The translations under genes were made by a program, and so were the position numbers. From Nemertoderma westbladi (Eukaryota; Animalia; Xenacoelomorpha), in the NCBI GenBank assembly GCA_032718475.1, contig JAUCBJ010007472.1, positions 1-34,513 on the forward strand: a DNA stretch of 34,513 bases, in the 5' to 3' direction. The notes beneath the pieces were generated by a model. The model saw nothing but the letters and a program-made list of their open reading frames with translations, was not told the origin of the DNA and made no database searches. Below are positions 9,633 through 20,222 of the stretch, one piece after another; position 1 is the first letter of the stretch; every line of letters starts with the position of its first letter.

Positions 9633-10583
9633 TCATATAGTATTGGACCCTCTTACGATATCTTGGAACCCGGACACGCCGCACTTAAACCCAGCTAGGC
9701 GACACGCTGAATCCATGGACAGCGCCAAATCCCAGACCGGGTCTCCTTCCAACAATCCCCGAACCATCCCGGCGCAGAACGTATCCCCGGCCCCCAGCGT
9801 GTCTACCAGTCGGGCGGGAGGGTAGGCGGGTGAGACAACCAGTCGTGGGCGAGCCCCGCCGTAACTGCCGATCGCGCCCCGCCGACCCCAGGGACAGACG
9901 ACCAACTGATCGGGTCGCATTCCGTTAGCTACACCCAGACACCCATCGTCGAGGGCCGCGTACCCCAACACCTCTAGCACATACTCCTTCTCCAACAGCA
10001 ACAGATCAACAATATCAACAATCTCTCGAATATCGACGAAACTTTCCGGCATTTTGGATTTCTCGATCTCCAAGGAAACCTTCACCTCCCACGTCGGGTC
10101 TTCCATACGCCCCCTAGTGATACGAGTTGCCATATGTTTCAATTCCTTCCAGTTTCGGCCCTCGAAGTGCACCCAATCGTACGCCCTTAGCGGTATGGCT
10201 TCGAAATCTGTCGCTTTTAAATCGTCTAGGTCGCCGGCGTCGAACATAATAGTTCGGGAATCGTCGGCCACTATGCAGACGCAGACGCAGCCCTGGTCCA
10301 TAGAGTCCTTGGTTACACAGCGCCCTCTACCGATCCCGCAACGATCGAGGTCCCGATGAAGGAATTCCTCTACCCCCCGCGGGATGGCGCTGCATATGTC
10401 CACGTCTAGCGAGGGGAACTGGGCCAGCACTGTGGCCGTGTTGGACACGTTGCCACCGCGATGGCGGGATATCGCAGCTGGAATATCATCGTCCTCTTTG
10501 GGATAATGGGGCAGCGCGCATATTATATCGATGCAAGTTAAACCAACGCAGAGAACTTTGTGTTGTGCCGAGGATTGCGCCAT
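9633..10583 (-). CDS. KHK: Ketohexokinase (fructokinase)-like PfkB/ribokinase-family kinase, intronless CDS, 316 aa
   Basis: Collinear KHK motifs: KVLCVGLTCID, YPKED, RGGNVSN, SRTI, ATDFE, WVHFEGRN, VSLEIEK, PARLVDTLGAGDTF (PfkB anion hole and catalytic Asp) and AGFKCGVSGF. Two in-frame TAA codons directly precede the ATG. The ORF is GC/CpG-rich relative to its flanks. Confidence 0.93.
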   Translation of the reverse strand: MAQSSAQHKVLCVGLTCIDIICALPHYPKEDDDIPAAISRHRGGNVSNTATVLAQFPSLDVDICSAIPRGVEEFLHRDLDRCGIGRGRCVTKDSMDQGCVCVCIVADDSRTIMFDAGDLDDLKATDFEAIPLRAYDWVHFEGRNWKELKHMATRITRGRMEDPTWEVKVSLEIEKSKMPESFVDIREIVDIVDLLLLEKEYVLEVLGYAALDDGCLGVANGMRPDQLVVCPWGRRGAIGSYGGARPRLVVSPAYPPARLVDTLGAGDTFCAGMVRGLLEGDPVWDLALSMDSACRLAGFKCGVSGFQDIVRGSNTI

Positions 10584-10779
10584 TTATTAGCTGCCTGTGA
10601 CCAACTGCATGCACTCACCGACTCACACAGAACAACTAAAACCCGTAAAATACCAATAAGTGTGCAGTTTACTGCCACTGCTATAACATAGACGGAAAAC
10701 GGAACGATCAATACTCACAGTTTAAATTTCCCGCGCTTGGCCAGACAATGGAGGTGGAGCCAAACTAGACAACCAATAA

Positions 10780-10796
10780 TCTATATTACTAAAGCA

Positions 10797-10871
<75 letters not shown>
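10780..10871 (+). mobile_element. Helitron-like 5' end (A|TCTATATTACTAAAG) followed by a (GT)n microsatellite
   Basis: A 5'-TC after A, then TATATTACTAAAG and a microsatellite, is typical of non-autonomous invertebrate Helitrons. (GT)n resumes at 16290-16302. No 3' CTRR end was identified. Confidence 0.45.
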
Positions 10872-10872
<1 letters not shown>

Positions 10873-11712
10873 ACTGGTTAACGCTACATACTGTGGACGT
10901 AAGTGCCATACAATACCCACGTTCTGGGGACCTTTCGCGAACTGGGGACGTCCCCAGAACGTTCTGACTGGAAATTCGAAATCTTCATTGCCAAATTAGT
11001 CTAAATATAAAATTTCACCGTATTTAGGCTCAGTCCCCACTTTGTTTGTGTTAAGCCGCACTCGTATGTGTTCGGTGTGTATGGGGTGTAAATATTGATG
11101 TCCCCACTATAACAGTGATAAGTATACACACATTATCTACGTCATTTTGTGACGTCACAATGTCCCCAGTGAGCTTAATTTTTAACGACCCCGGTTTGTG
11201 GTTGAAATTAAGTATATTATGAGTTATGTTCAATTATTTATGGATTAGTTAGTCAGGTCTGTCTTTGAGACAATGCAGCTCAGGCAATCCCTAGATAATG
11301 TTTTTTTATTGTTTCTATACACTCGTGAATAATTGTAAAAGTTAATATTTCCTTATGAGTTACCTAAGCACCCCTTGTGGTGCAACTTTCCTCAGTTACT
11401 ATAACAATGGATTTTCACTTAGTCGATAGTGCTAAACAATCCCGCATGCACTATGCATACAAGCATGTAGAAATTTTTAAAAAAATATATGGACAAATAT
11501 CGTAATACGGCCACTGCTACTTTTTTTCTGCGGGGGCACTAATTAAATTAATGTTTAAACAAACAAGGTGGAGCACAACGATATATGATATAACTCTTAT
11601 CATTCAAATTACATTCACCTCATTCAATTATATTAATTATATCATTAATTTTATACCTTTAATTTTTTAGACCCTTCTACGTACTGTAGTGGAAATAGAC
11701 ATTGTAATAATT

Positions 11713-12228
11713 TAACGAAAACACACCCATTCTAAATAGTGTACTGTACCTTGCGCACATCTGGGGACATTAGTTTTTTAGTGCTGAGGGTATTATATTA
11801 TGCCCTACGTTCTACTTATGTAGGTAGTTGCAATGGACGTTAAGAATATATAATAATATTAATAAATTAACGAAAACACACCGTTCTAAATACTGTCCCT
11901 TGCGCACATCTGGGGACATTAGTTTTTGTATTGTTTTTCTGCAGACCATACGGTATGTAGTTGCAATGGACATTAAGAAAATTTTTTATATATTGACGAA
12001 AACACACCGTTCTAAATACTGTCCCTTGCGCACATCTGGGGACATTAGTTTTTGTATTGTTTTTCTGCAGACCATACGGTATGTAGTTGCAATGGACATT
12101 AAGACAATTTTTTATATATTGACGAAAACACACCATTCTAAATACTGTCCCTTGCGCACATCTGGGGACATTAGTTTTTTTAGTGCTGGGAGTATTATAT
12201 TAGGTCCTACGTATAGTTGCAATGAATG
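11713..12228 (+). repeat. 126-bp tandem repeat array (left arm of foldback), about 4 units
   Basis: Units start at 11870, 11996 and 12122, plus a diverged unit at ~11715. Core ACTGTCCCTTGCGCACATCTGGGGACATTAG. Confidence 0.92.
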
Positions 12229-12229
12229 T

Positions 12230-12970
12230 TACTACAACTACTACTACTAGGTCGAGCGAACTCGGACAGTGGAAATGAGATCCTTCCAGGCTTCCCAATT
12301 CTCCATAGTTGTCGCAATTTCGTTTCTCCCAAGTTCAGTATCCCTTTCAAGTTGATCTATATATGTTATGGCCGGTCGTCCGCGACTACGCTTTCCATGA
12401 GTTGGTTGCCAGAGAAGTAGATCTGGTATGACCTCGTCTTTACTTCGCCAGCAGTGCCCACTGAATCTTAATCTGCGTTCACGGAGGGTGGTTGATACAG
12501 GTGGTATTGTACCATAAAGCTCGGCGTTTGTCATGTGTTGTCTCCAGCTGATGTTTAGGGCTGCCCTTAGTAGTCTTGTGTAGCAACCATCAATTCGTTG
12601 TTCAAGTGATTTAGTCAGTGTCCAGGTCTCACCCCCGTATAAAAATACACTTTCCACTGTGGCTCGAAAGAACTTAGTCTTCAGGTGCCTGGAGAGATCT
12701 GATTTCCAGATGGTATCCATTTTTGATAGAGCTACCCAAGCCTTTGCTTTCCTAACTTCTATGTCCTTTTTGCTACTCTATCCATGATCCAAGGTACTGG
12801 AAGTCATCGACCTTCCTTAGTTGATTATTATCAATGGTTGTCAAGTTTCCATCAACATTAAAGGTCATGAATTCGGTCTTTTTAGCATTTATAAGCAATC
12901 CAACCTCCTTAGCAGCCCTCTCCACTTTATTTAGTAGAAGCTGTGCATCTGTTAGCGTATTAGAGAGCAT
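12230..12970 (-). mobile_element. 5'-truncated, frameshifted RTE-clade LINE fragment (RT C-terminal region)
   Basis: GLLINAKKTEFM, DDFQYLGSWI, FFRATVESVFLYGGETWTL, RLRFSGHCWR and RGRPAITY. There is a frameshift at ~12773. The stop codon runs directly into a (TAG)n tail. Confidence 0.92.
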
Positions 12971-12979
12971 CGGGCGATG

Positions 12980-14608
12980 ATATTATTTCTAATTTTTTCC
13001 TTCATTCAAAATCGATCTACTTCGTCATTTATTAATCAATTAGTTTGAAATTTTCAGTGAATGGTCTTGACATTAACCAATAAAACTTGTAGACAGAATT
13101 TTGAAATTTCGAGCGTAAGTTATGTTTTGAGCCGATAATCTGAAAATATCGGCCAAAAATAAAACACATTTAGTTAATATTTTTTCATTTTTTTAGTTAA
13201 CATTAGTCTTCTGGGGCGGTATTCATAGAGTTAATATTAGTTACAGCTACTTAGTGACAGCTTTTAGTAAGAGCTGCAACTATGTTTAGTAAGAGCTATC
13301 TGTTACTAAAAACAACTGATTTTAGTAAGAGCATTGACTTAACTTAGTTTCAACTAGCCCTTAAAAAAAATCAGTATTCATAAACTGTTACTAAACTTAG
13401 TTCTAGCCTATTTTTAGCAGTGCCGGTACTTTAACTTATGTTTATCAAAAAGCTTTCAGTTTCAACTTAAGGTCGGTAGCTATGCCCTGCATGTCTCTAT
13501 GTTTACTGTTTTACTTGAACTGGTAGTCTACATTAAAACCCATTAATTTTATTGGTCACTAAAACAATTCCTGTTTTCCAGTAAATTTTTTTGATTATCA
13601 AATATATATTTCCTCCACTCAATTTAATTATCACTAAAATATATTTTCATCAAAAATAAATCTGTTACGGCCTGTTGTAATAAAATCCCTTCATTATTAG
13701 TGGCACTGTAACATGCCCTTTCCCACATTTTAGCAATAATTTATATTTAATAGATTTAATGTTAATTAATAGATTTAATGTTAATTAATAGATTTTAGCG
13801 GAAACTGAATATTTTAGTGATTTCCTATTAAAATTATAGTGAAAAATTATTATTTTTAGTCAGTTAGTAAGGCGATAATTCAATTGGCTACCATTATCGA
13901 ATACCATTATTTACATTCGGTAATAGAGATGAAATTAATGAAGTGGGAACGCTACCGCTTTTTCATCTTGCGAAAGTTCGCGAATGGTAGAATTCTTTAG
14001 CAAAACACATTTTTCAACGGACGAGGACCGTTCGGCAGCAATCTCACCATTCAAGAATGTACGCTGAAATTTGGAAATTTAAGTCGGATATATGTTTAAA
14101 AAACAACAAGCTTTATGTCCTTACATTTGACAGTTTCTCTGCAACAACACATTTGCAATGAACACAGAATGCTAGAAAAACAAGAGAGAGTATAATGTGG
14201 CCGGAGTCGTCAGTAACATAATAACCATACTGTATGTATGAAGGCCAACATAGAATAAGTAAGCGGTCTTACCAACTTAGTCACATCTTCATGTGACTAG
14301 AAATTTAAGTTACAGCTAATACTAACTTAATTAAGACTAAATTCTATGAATACGAGTTTAGCAACAACTAGTACTAAATACGTTAGTAATAAGTAGCACC
14401 AACTTCTCTGAATACCAAATTAGTACAAGCACTTACTAACTTGATGTGACTAGGACTAAGTTCCTAGTTAGTCACATTTATGAATACCGCCCCTGATCAA
14501 TGGCCAATATGTGAATATGTCAAGACCATTCACTGAAAATTTCAAACGAATTCATTAAAAAATGACGGTGTAGATAGGTTTTGAGTGAAGGAAAAAATGA
14601 GAAATAAT
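12980..14608. mobile_element. Inner inverted-repeat element (arms ~12980-13072 and ~14518-14608)
   Basis: TATTATTTCT...GTTTGAAATTTTCAGTGAATGGTCTTGACAT is mirrored by ATGTCAAGACCATTCACTGAAAATTTCAAAC...AGAAATAATA. Outer ends and TSD were not resolved. Confidence 0.65.
13214..14492. mobile_element. Non-autonomous PIF/Harbinger-type element (1279 bp)
   Basis: Perfect 14-bp TIRs GGGCGGTATTCATA / TATGAATACCGCCC, a 3-bp CTG TSD at 13211-13213 and 14493-14495, and subterminal GTATTC/GAATAC motifs. Confidence 0.8.
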
Positions 14609-14834
14609 ATTCTGAGTTAAATGCATGTAAATTTTAAAACCTTCCCGCGCGAATTGGTTAGTCTCTATGTGACCAATTTCTAAACAAGTATAAAAATTTA
14701 TAAATCGCTATTTTCATTTATAAATTTACCTAACATATTTAGAAAAAACCCTGGGGGGGGGGGGGGGGGCAGGGACCTGAATGACGACACTATATTCCAG
14801 GACATGGTTCACGTAGAGCCTATCTCACCTATAC

Positions 14835-15387
14835 AAAAACCAATGTCCCCAGATTGCGTAAAGGACAGTATGTTTTTGCTAATATATTAAATATTCTTAA
14901 CATTCATTGCAACTATACGTAGGCCTATATAATACTCCCAGCACTAAAAAAACTAATGTCCCCAGATGTGCGCAAGGGACAGTATTTAGAACGGTGTGTT
15001 TTCGTCAATATATAAAAAATTTTCTTAATGTCCATTGCAACTACATAACGTATGGGCTGCAGAAAAACAATACAAAAACTAATGTCCCCAGATGTGCGCA
15101 AGGGACAGTATTTAGAACGGTGTGTTTTCGTCAATATATAAAAAATTTTCTTAATGTCCATTGCAACTACATAACGTATGGGCTGCAGAAAAACAATACA
15201 AAAACTAATGTCCCCAGATGTGCGCAAGGGACAGTATTTAGAACGGTGTGTTTTCGTCAATATATAAAAAATTTTCTTAATGTCCATTGCAACTACATAA
15301 CGTAGGGGCTGCAGAAAAACAATACAAAAACTAATGTCCCCAGATGTGCGCAAGGGACAGTATTTGGAACGGTGTGTTTTTGTTAAA
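14835..15387 (-). repeat. 126-bp tandem repeat array (right arm of foldback), about 4 units
   Basis: Reverse complement of 11713-12228, with units at ~14952, 15078, 15204 and 15330. Confidence 0.92.
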
Positions 15388-16610
15388 TTATTATATAAGG
15401 CCTATTCTTAGCGTCTATTGCTCTTACAATACGTACTGTAGAAGGGTCCAAATAATTGTAAAGCATAAAATTCATAATTAATATAATTGAATGATAAGAG
15501 TTATATCATTAATTGTTGTGCGCCACTATATTTGTATTTATATACAACCTAAAATTAATTAGTCTTCCCGCAGAAAAAAAGAATATTTTGAGCAGTGATG
15601 GCAGTATTACGGTTTATTTCTTGAAACTGCAAGTATTTTCAAAACAAATTGCTACATGCTTGCTAACTTGTACGCATTGATACAGGGGGAATTGTTCAGC
15701 GCTATCGCTATCGACTAAGTGAAAACCCATTGTTATAGTAAATGAGTAAACTATGGAAACTTGTATCACAAGTAGTCTTTAGGTAACTAATAGAGAAATA
15801 TTAACTTTTACAATAATTATTCACGAGTGTAAAAGAACACTATCTCTTTGTAATGTACTGACCTGGCCAAGTATTCCAATTACTAGAATCATATCCATGA
15901 AGTTGCATAAAAACAAAGCATTTCAGTTTCCTTTCCCATATACTGTATGTGTTACACTACAGTAGTTGTGGACTGTGGACATTAATTTTCGTATGTGTCT
16001 TGACCCCAGTTGGGGTTTGTGGACATCACTAAACACACTCAGGCACAACACACATAATTATGACGTCACCAAAAGCAATGTCCGCACAGTGAATGTAAAA
16101 AAATGATTTTTGAAATATTGGAAAAATTTTAAATTTTGAAAAGCAAACATTTCCCATTACTTATTAGGAAGCTAATTTGAAAATTTGAAGGATTTTCATT
16201 GGATAGTTCTCTAGATATTTAATAAATAAGTACGTCCACAGATCCCTTGGTTGTGAGCTTGTCCACAGAATCCATAGTTAACCCGTATAGGTGTGTGTGT
16301 GTTGGCAAATATACCAAAGGGCTAACTTTGCAAGCTCTTTTTCCGCTATTGTGCTAACTTTTCCAAAGTGCTAACTCAAAGTGCTAACTCGTGGTCCTTG
16401 CAATCTGAAACTTTGTCAAAACGTTTTTTAGACCATTTCCCACAAGTTAGCATTTTACCACTTTTGCAGTCCAGTGTGTCATGTGTATGAAAATCTTGGC
16501 CCCCCTTAGCGGCATTATGGGAACTGGTACTTTTAAAACACACTTAAACACTCAAGAGTATGGAATGGCCATAATGCTAACTTACAAACACACTTCTTAC
16601 ACTTACATTC

Positions 16611-17058
16611 CATTTGTACCAACTACCAAGTGCTAAATGATTATAAGACCGCAAATACCCTAATACGCTAACTCGCTGAATGTTAATTGCGAATACCCCT
16701 CCGTTTCGCGAATAGCCAATTGTACACGTATAACCTAATAATAAAAGCGTTTTGCACAAACTGCGGGGGCGCTAAAGTCTTAACTTATTACTTTTAGATA
16801 GTCTTTGAAAGTACTCTATACAAAGTCCTAACCCGATAACTGTGTATTGTCATGGAAACGTAATGGTTTCTTACCTGGACATCCATACAATGTATTTCAA
16901 TTTATTGCACAGGCGACATATTATTATGTAGTGAGTGATTGCCGTGGAATGGAAATACCTAGATATATTGACAATCGTTATTTCAAAATTCATCCGGTGT
17001 GATTGTTGAGATACCCCAAATTGAGGTTCTAAATTTGTGAAAATATTAGTGAAACAAT
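16611..17058. repeat. Diverged ~450-bp direct repeat, copy 1
   Basis: Shares AAGTGCTAAATGATT, TTGCGAATACCCCTC, GCGCTAAAGTC, TATACAAAGTCCTAACCCGATAA, GTATTGTCATGGAAAC, TAATGGTTTCTTACCTGGACAT, GACAATCGTTATT and TTAGTGAAACAAT with 17788-18239. Confidence 0.85.
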
Positions 17059-17787
17059 TTTATGGTTAAAGAGAAAACTCTATTTGTTTTTATGTAGAAT
17101 GCGTAATTTTATTCCACAAAGTTGCCTTTTCTTTTATAGCAGGTAAATTGCAATAATTAGTGCATTTATAGGCGTACCTAAACGTGCGCTATTTTTATGA
17201 AAATTAACAACTTCTCGATGTGGTGATATCCTCGTAACGCAGCTAAGTAATAGTCACTAACTTAGTAACAATAAACTTCTATAACAAATATTGATAGTAT
17301 TTCCCATTACTGATAACCATTGATTGTAGGTGAAGTGTAAGTTTAGTTGATGTACCAACTGCAATTAATTGCATAAAAAGGATATGAATTTCATTAATAT
17401 TCCTAAACATTACAATATTAACGCTAATAATTAAGCATTCAGAACGCCCTTAAATTGACATAATTTAACAAAATGGCACCATTTTGTGAAAAGGGCACTG
17501 TCAACGTTTATGAATGAATGACCCTTGTATATTTATGGAGAAACCTTTCACACAATCATGTAAAATAGTTATAGTTTCACTTTTATCAATTTACAATATT
17601 TGCAGGAAAAAACAATACAATTCAATCATTATTCGTGTAACATCAGTTATAAATCGGTCATTACGTCGGTTTTTCTGACTTTTATTTTCTGTTATATTTT
17701 AATTTTTTTTACTTATTATCAATAATGTTTTTTACTTCCTCTCGTGTTATTTTAATTTTCGTTGGTTAGTCAATCACACTTATATTC

Positions 17788-18239
17788 AATTTGTACTAAG
17801 TGCTAAATGATTGTAAGACCGAAAATATTGATTGCGAATACCCCTCAGTTTCGCAAATAACCAATTTCACATCGAACACAAAAATAAAACCGTTTGCATA
17901 AACTCCGGGAGCGCTAAAGTCCTAACTTATACTTTCTTTTGAAAGTACTTTATACAAAGTCCTAACCCGATAATTTTGTATTGTCATGGAAACCTAATGG
18001 TTTCTTACCTGGACATTGACAACTAGTCTAATGAAACATAGGCAAACCGAAATTTATTCCCAGACTGAAACGAATAAGAATGGTGAAATGGAAATCTTAC
18101 ACATAGATAGACAATCGTTATTAGAATATTTCCTCGTATCGTCTATTGTTTAGATATAATAAAATACATAAAACACAAACTCAAACTGTGGCAAATTTAA
18201 TTTGGGTTGTAAATTGGTGAAATTAGTTAGTGAAACAAT
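17788..18239. repeat. Diverged ~450-bp direct repeat, copy 2
   Basis: Same collinear blocks as 16611-17058, offset by ~1.13-1.18 kb. Confidence 0.85.
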
Positions 18240-19316
18240 AAATATAATTAATATATGTCGGATTAATAATTAACAATTGTTAAAATTCAAAACAATTAAA
18301 ATTCACTATAATGATAGGCTGCTCAGAGTAACTTACACCCACATAATAATTCCCTTGAATGAATTCTATCCGCGTAGGAGAAATTAAATATAAAAATGTT
18401 AATTATGCGATCATTTTGAAATTTTTATCTTATGAAAAGATAATGAAAGGAGTCATAGTGAAATTCTCATATTAAAGCAACGTTTCAAAACCAATCCGGA
18501 TAATTCTAAAGTCCCGGGGGAAAATAAATTAACACAGTCAAAGAATTGGAGCCGCTCCTAACTAATATATCGTGGACACTGATAAAACACAAGATATACT
18601 GTAGAATATGTAATAATTTTTATGAAAAATATGAAGCATTAGTTGCATCATTAACTGAAATATGACTCATCTCATTGCACTGATTCAAATGAATAGCCTT
18701 GAATTATTATATAGGAGGTACGGCAATTTTGATATTTTGTATCTCTTAGAATTTTCCCAGGAGTCTATTTCCCAAGTTTTGTTTTGAATCCGTTACTGTA
18801 AAATGATGATCCATTACCAAATTTAATATAACATTCCCTTGCAATAAATAGACCTTCTGTATAAACTGATCTGAAATTTTCAAAACCAAGTTTCATATCG
18901 TCACTACTGTAATCTTTGACAAGTTTTTCTGATAAATGAAGAATCAGGTATCCCGAATGCCAACTAGCTAGGATCGGCGCATGCTGCATTGCAGCTGCAT
19001 TTTTAAAAATGCTGTGCCGGCTTGTCGACAAAATTGCGCCGCCACAACTCCCTATCACCCATGCAGGGTTGTTTGAATTAAATCATTGATTTAAATCATG
19101 ATTTAAATCACATATGAAAATAAAAAAAAATCAGATAGTTTTGATTTTTTTAAAATCATGAATTTTATCAATCATGCTTTAAGGCCAGGATAAACATTGC
19201 ATTACTGATTATTAATAAATGATTCAAATTACCTAAATATTTACATGAAAATACAGTATCATCTCGCATTTCCAATACCATACAGTATTCACAGGCCCAT
19301 TAATAAAGTTGTACTT

Positions 19317-19746
19317 TAGAGTTCTATTCAGTTTGTTGTTTATTTAGTTTATATTCGAATTCAGACTTTTCGGGATTTCCGGGATCGGGACCGGGATTAT
19401 TCCTCTCGAGATCCCGTTTTACGGGATCGTTATTGCAATTTTGGATTAAATTCATCAAAGTTAATAGTATATGAGGCAGGTTTTCAGTAACACTCACTTT
19501 ATTTTACACTTCTGAAATATTAGTAAGATAAAGTTATATTAAAATTATCTTATAATTGATTACTGGATGGTTTACTGAAATAAAAATTAGATTTAATCAA
19601 AACATTTCCGTTCTGCTGGAACTTTTTTTTAGATGTTCAACAAATTTATTTAACCATTTAAACTTCGGGATCCCGTTTCAAAAAAGTCGGAATCGGGATT
19701 CGATATTTCGCTGGGATCCCGGTTTTTCGGTTTTTTTTAAACATTA
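19317..19746. mobile_element. Possible nested MITE with CGGGAT/ATCCCG subterminal motifs
   Basis: Two clusters of CGGGAT motifs (19371-19428 and 19666-19722) with TAGAGTT...AACATTA-like ends. No convincing TSD. Confidence 0.4.
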
Positions 19747-19843
19747 GTGCATTGATGAAGCCAGAAGTCTTCCGATTGTTTAAATATAAAATCTGATTTA
19801 AATAAAAAAATCTGATTTAAATAAGAATAAAAGTGATTTAAAT

Positions 19844-20222
19844 GGGTGACTACAAAACAAAGACCAAAGACCTAAATAATAAAGACCTGCATAATCTTTG
19901 AAACATGTGTTAACTTTCGTTTATTGTTTTGGTTCCCCCAACAAGCCTCTGTAACATGCTCCTTTACTAACCTGTTCCTTTAAATGCAATGTAACCTAAC
20001 GCTCTTTAGCACCTGTAAAAACAAAGATATAAAGTCGCGTTACGTCCTAAAGGGGATTAGGTCCCATTGCCATATAGCGTTAGGTCCCATTGCCATTTAC
20101 AGGAGCAGGTTAGTAAAGGAGCAGGTTACAGAGGCGTTTGGGGAACCAAAACAATAAATGAAAGTTAACACATGTGTTTCATACAGGTCTTTGTTATTTG
20201 GGTCTTTGCTTTTTAGTCACCC
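19844..20222. mobile_element. Mutator/MULE-type foldback MITE (379 bp)
   Basis: Termini GGGTGACTA / TAGTCACCC, ~160-bp imperfect inverted arms, and a 9-bp TSD GATTTAAAT at 19835-19843 and 20223-20231. Confidence 0.88.

Larger units (their letters stand above)
10872..16288. mobile_element. 5.4-kb foldback-like structure with ~1.4-kb diverged inverted arms, flanked by (GT)n
   Basis: Collinear inverted matches: termini GGTTAAC-n8-CTGTGGAC on both sides, 11319-11368 vs 15779-15831, ~11396-11480 vs ~15648-15740, 11521 vs 15555, 11590 vs 15488, 11670 vs 15440, and the 126-bp arrays in opposite orientation. Confidence 0.8.

Noticed and set aside
11828-15353. 42-aa repeat ORFs
   Set aside because: They are translations of the 126-bp arrays, open on both strands.
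18765-19058. 97-aa minus-strand ORF
   Set aside because: It starts out of frame in the RTE 3' end, and has no recognisable domain or clear splice sites.
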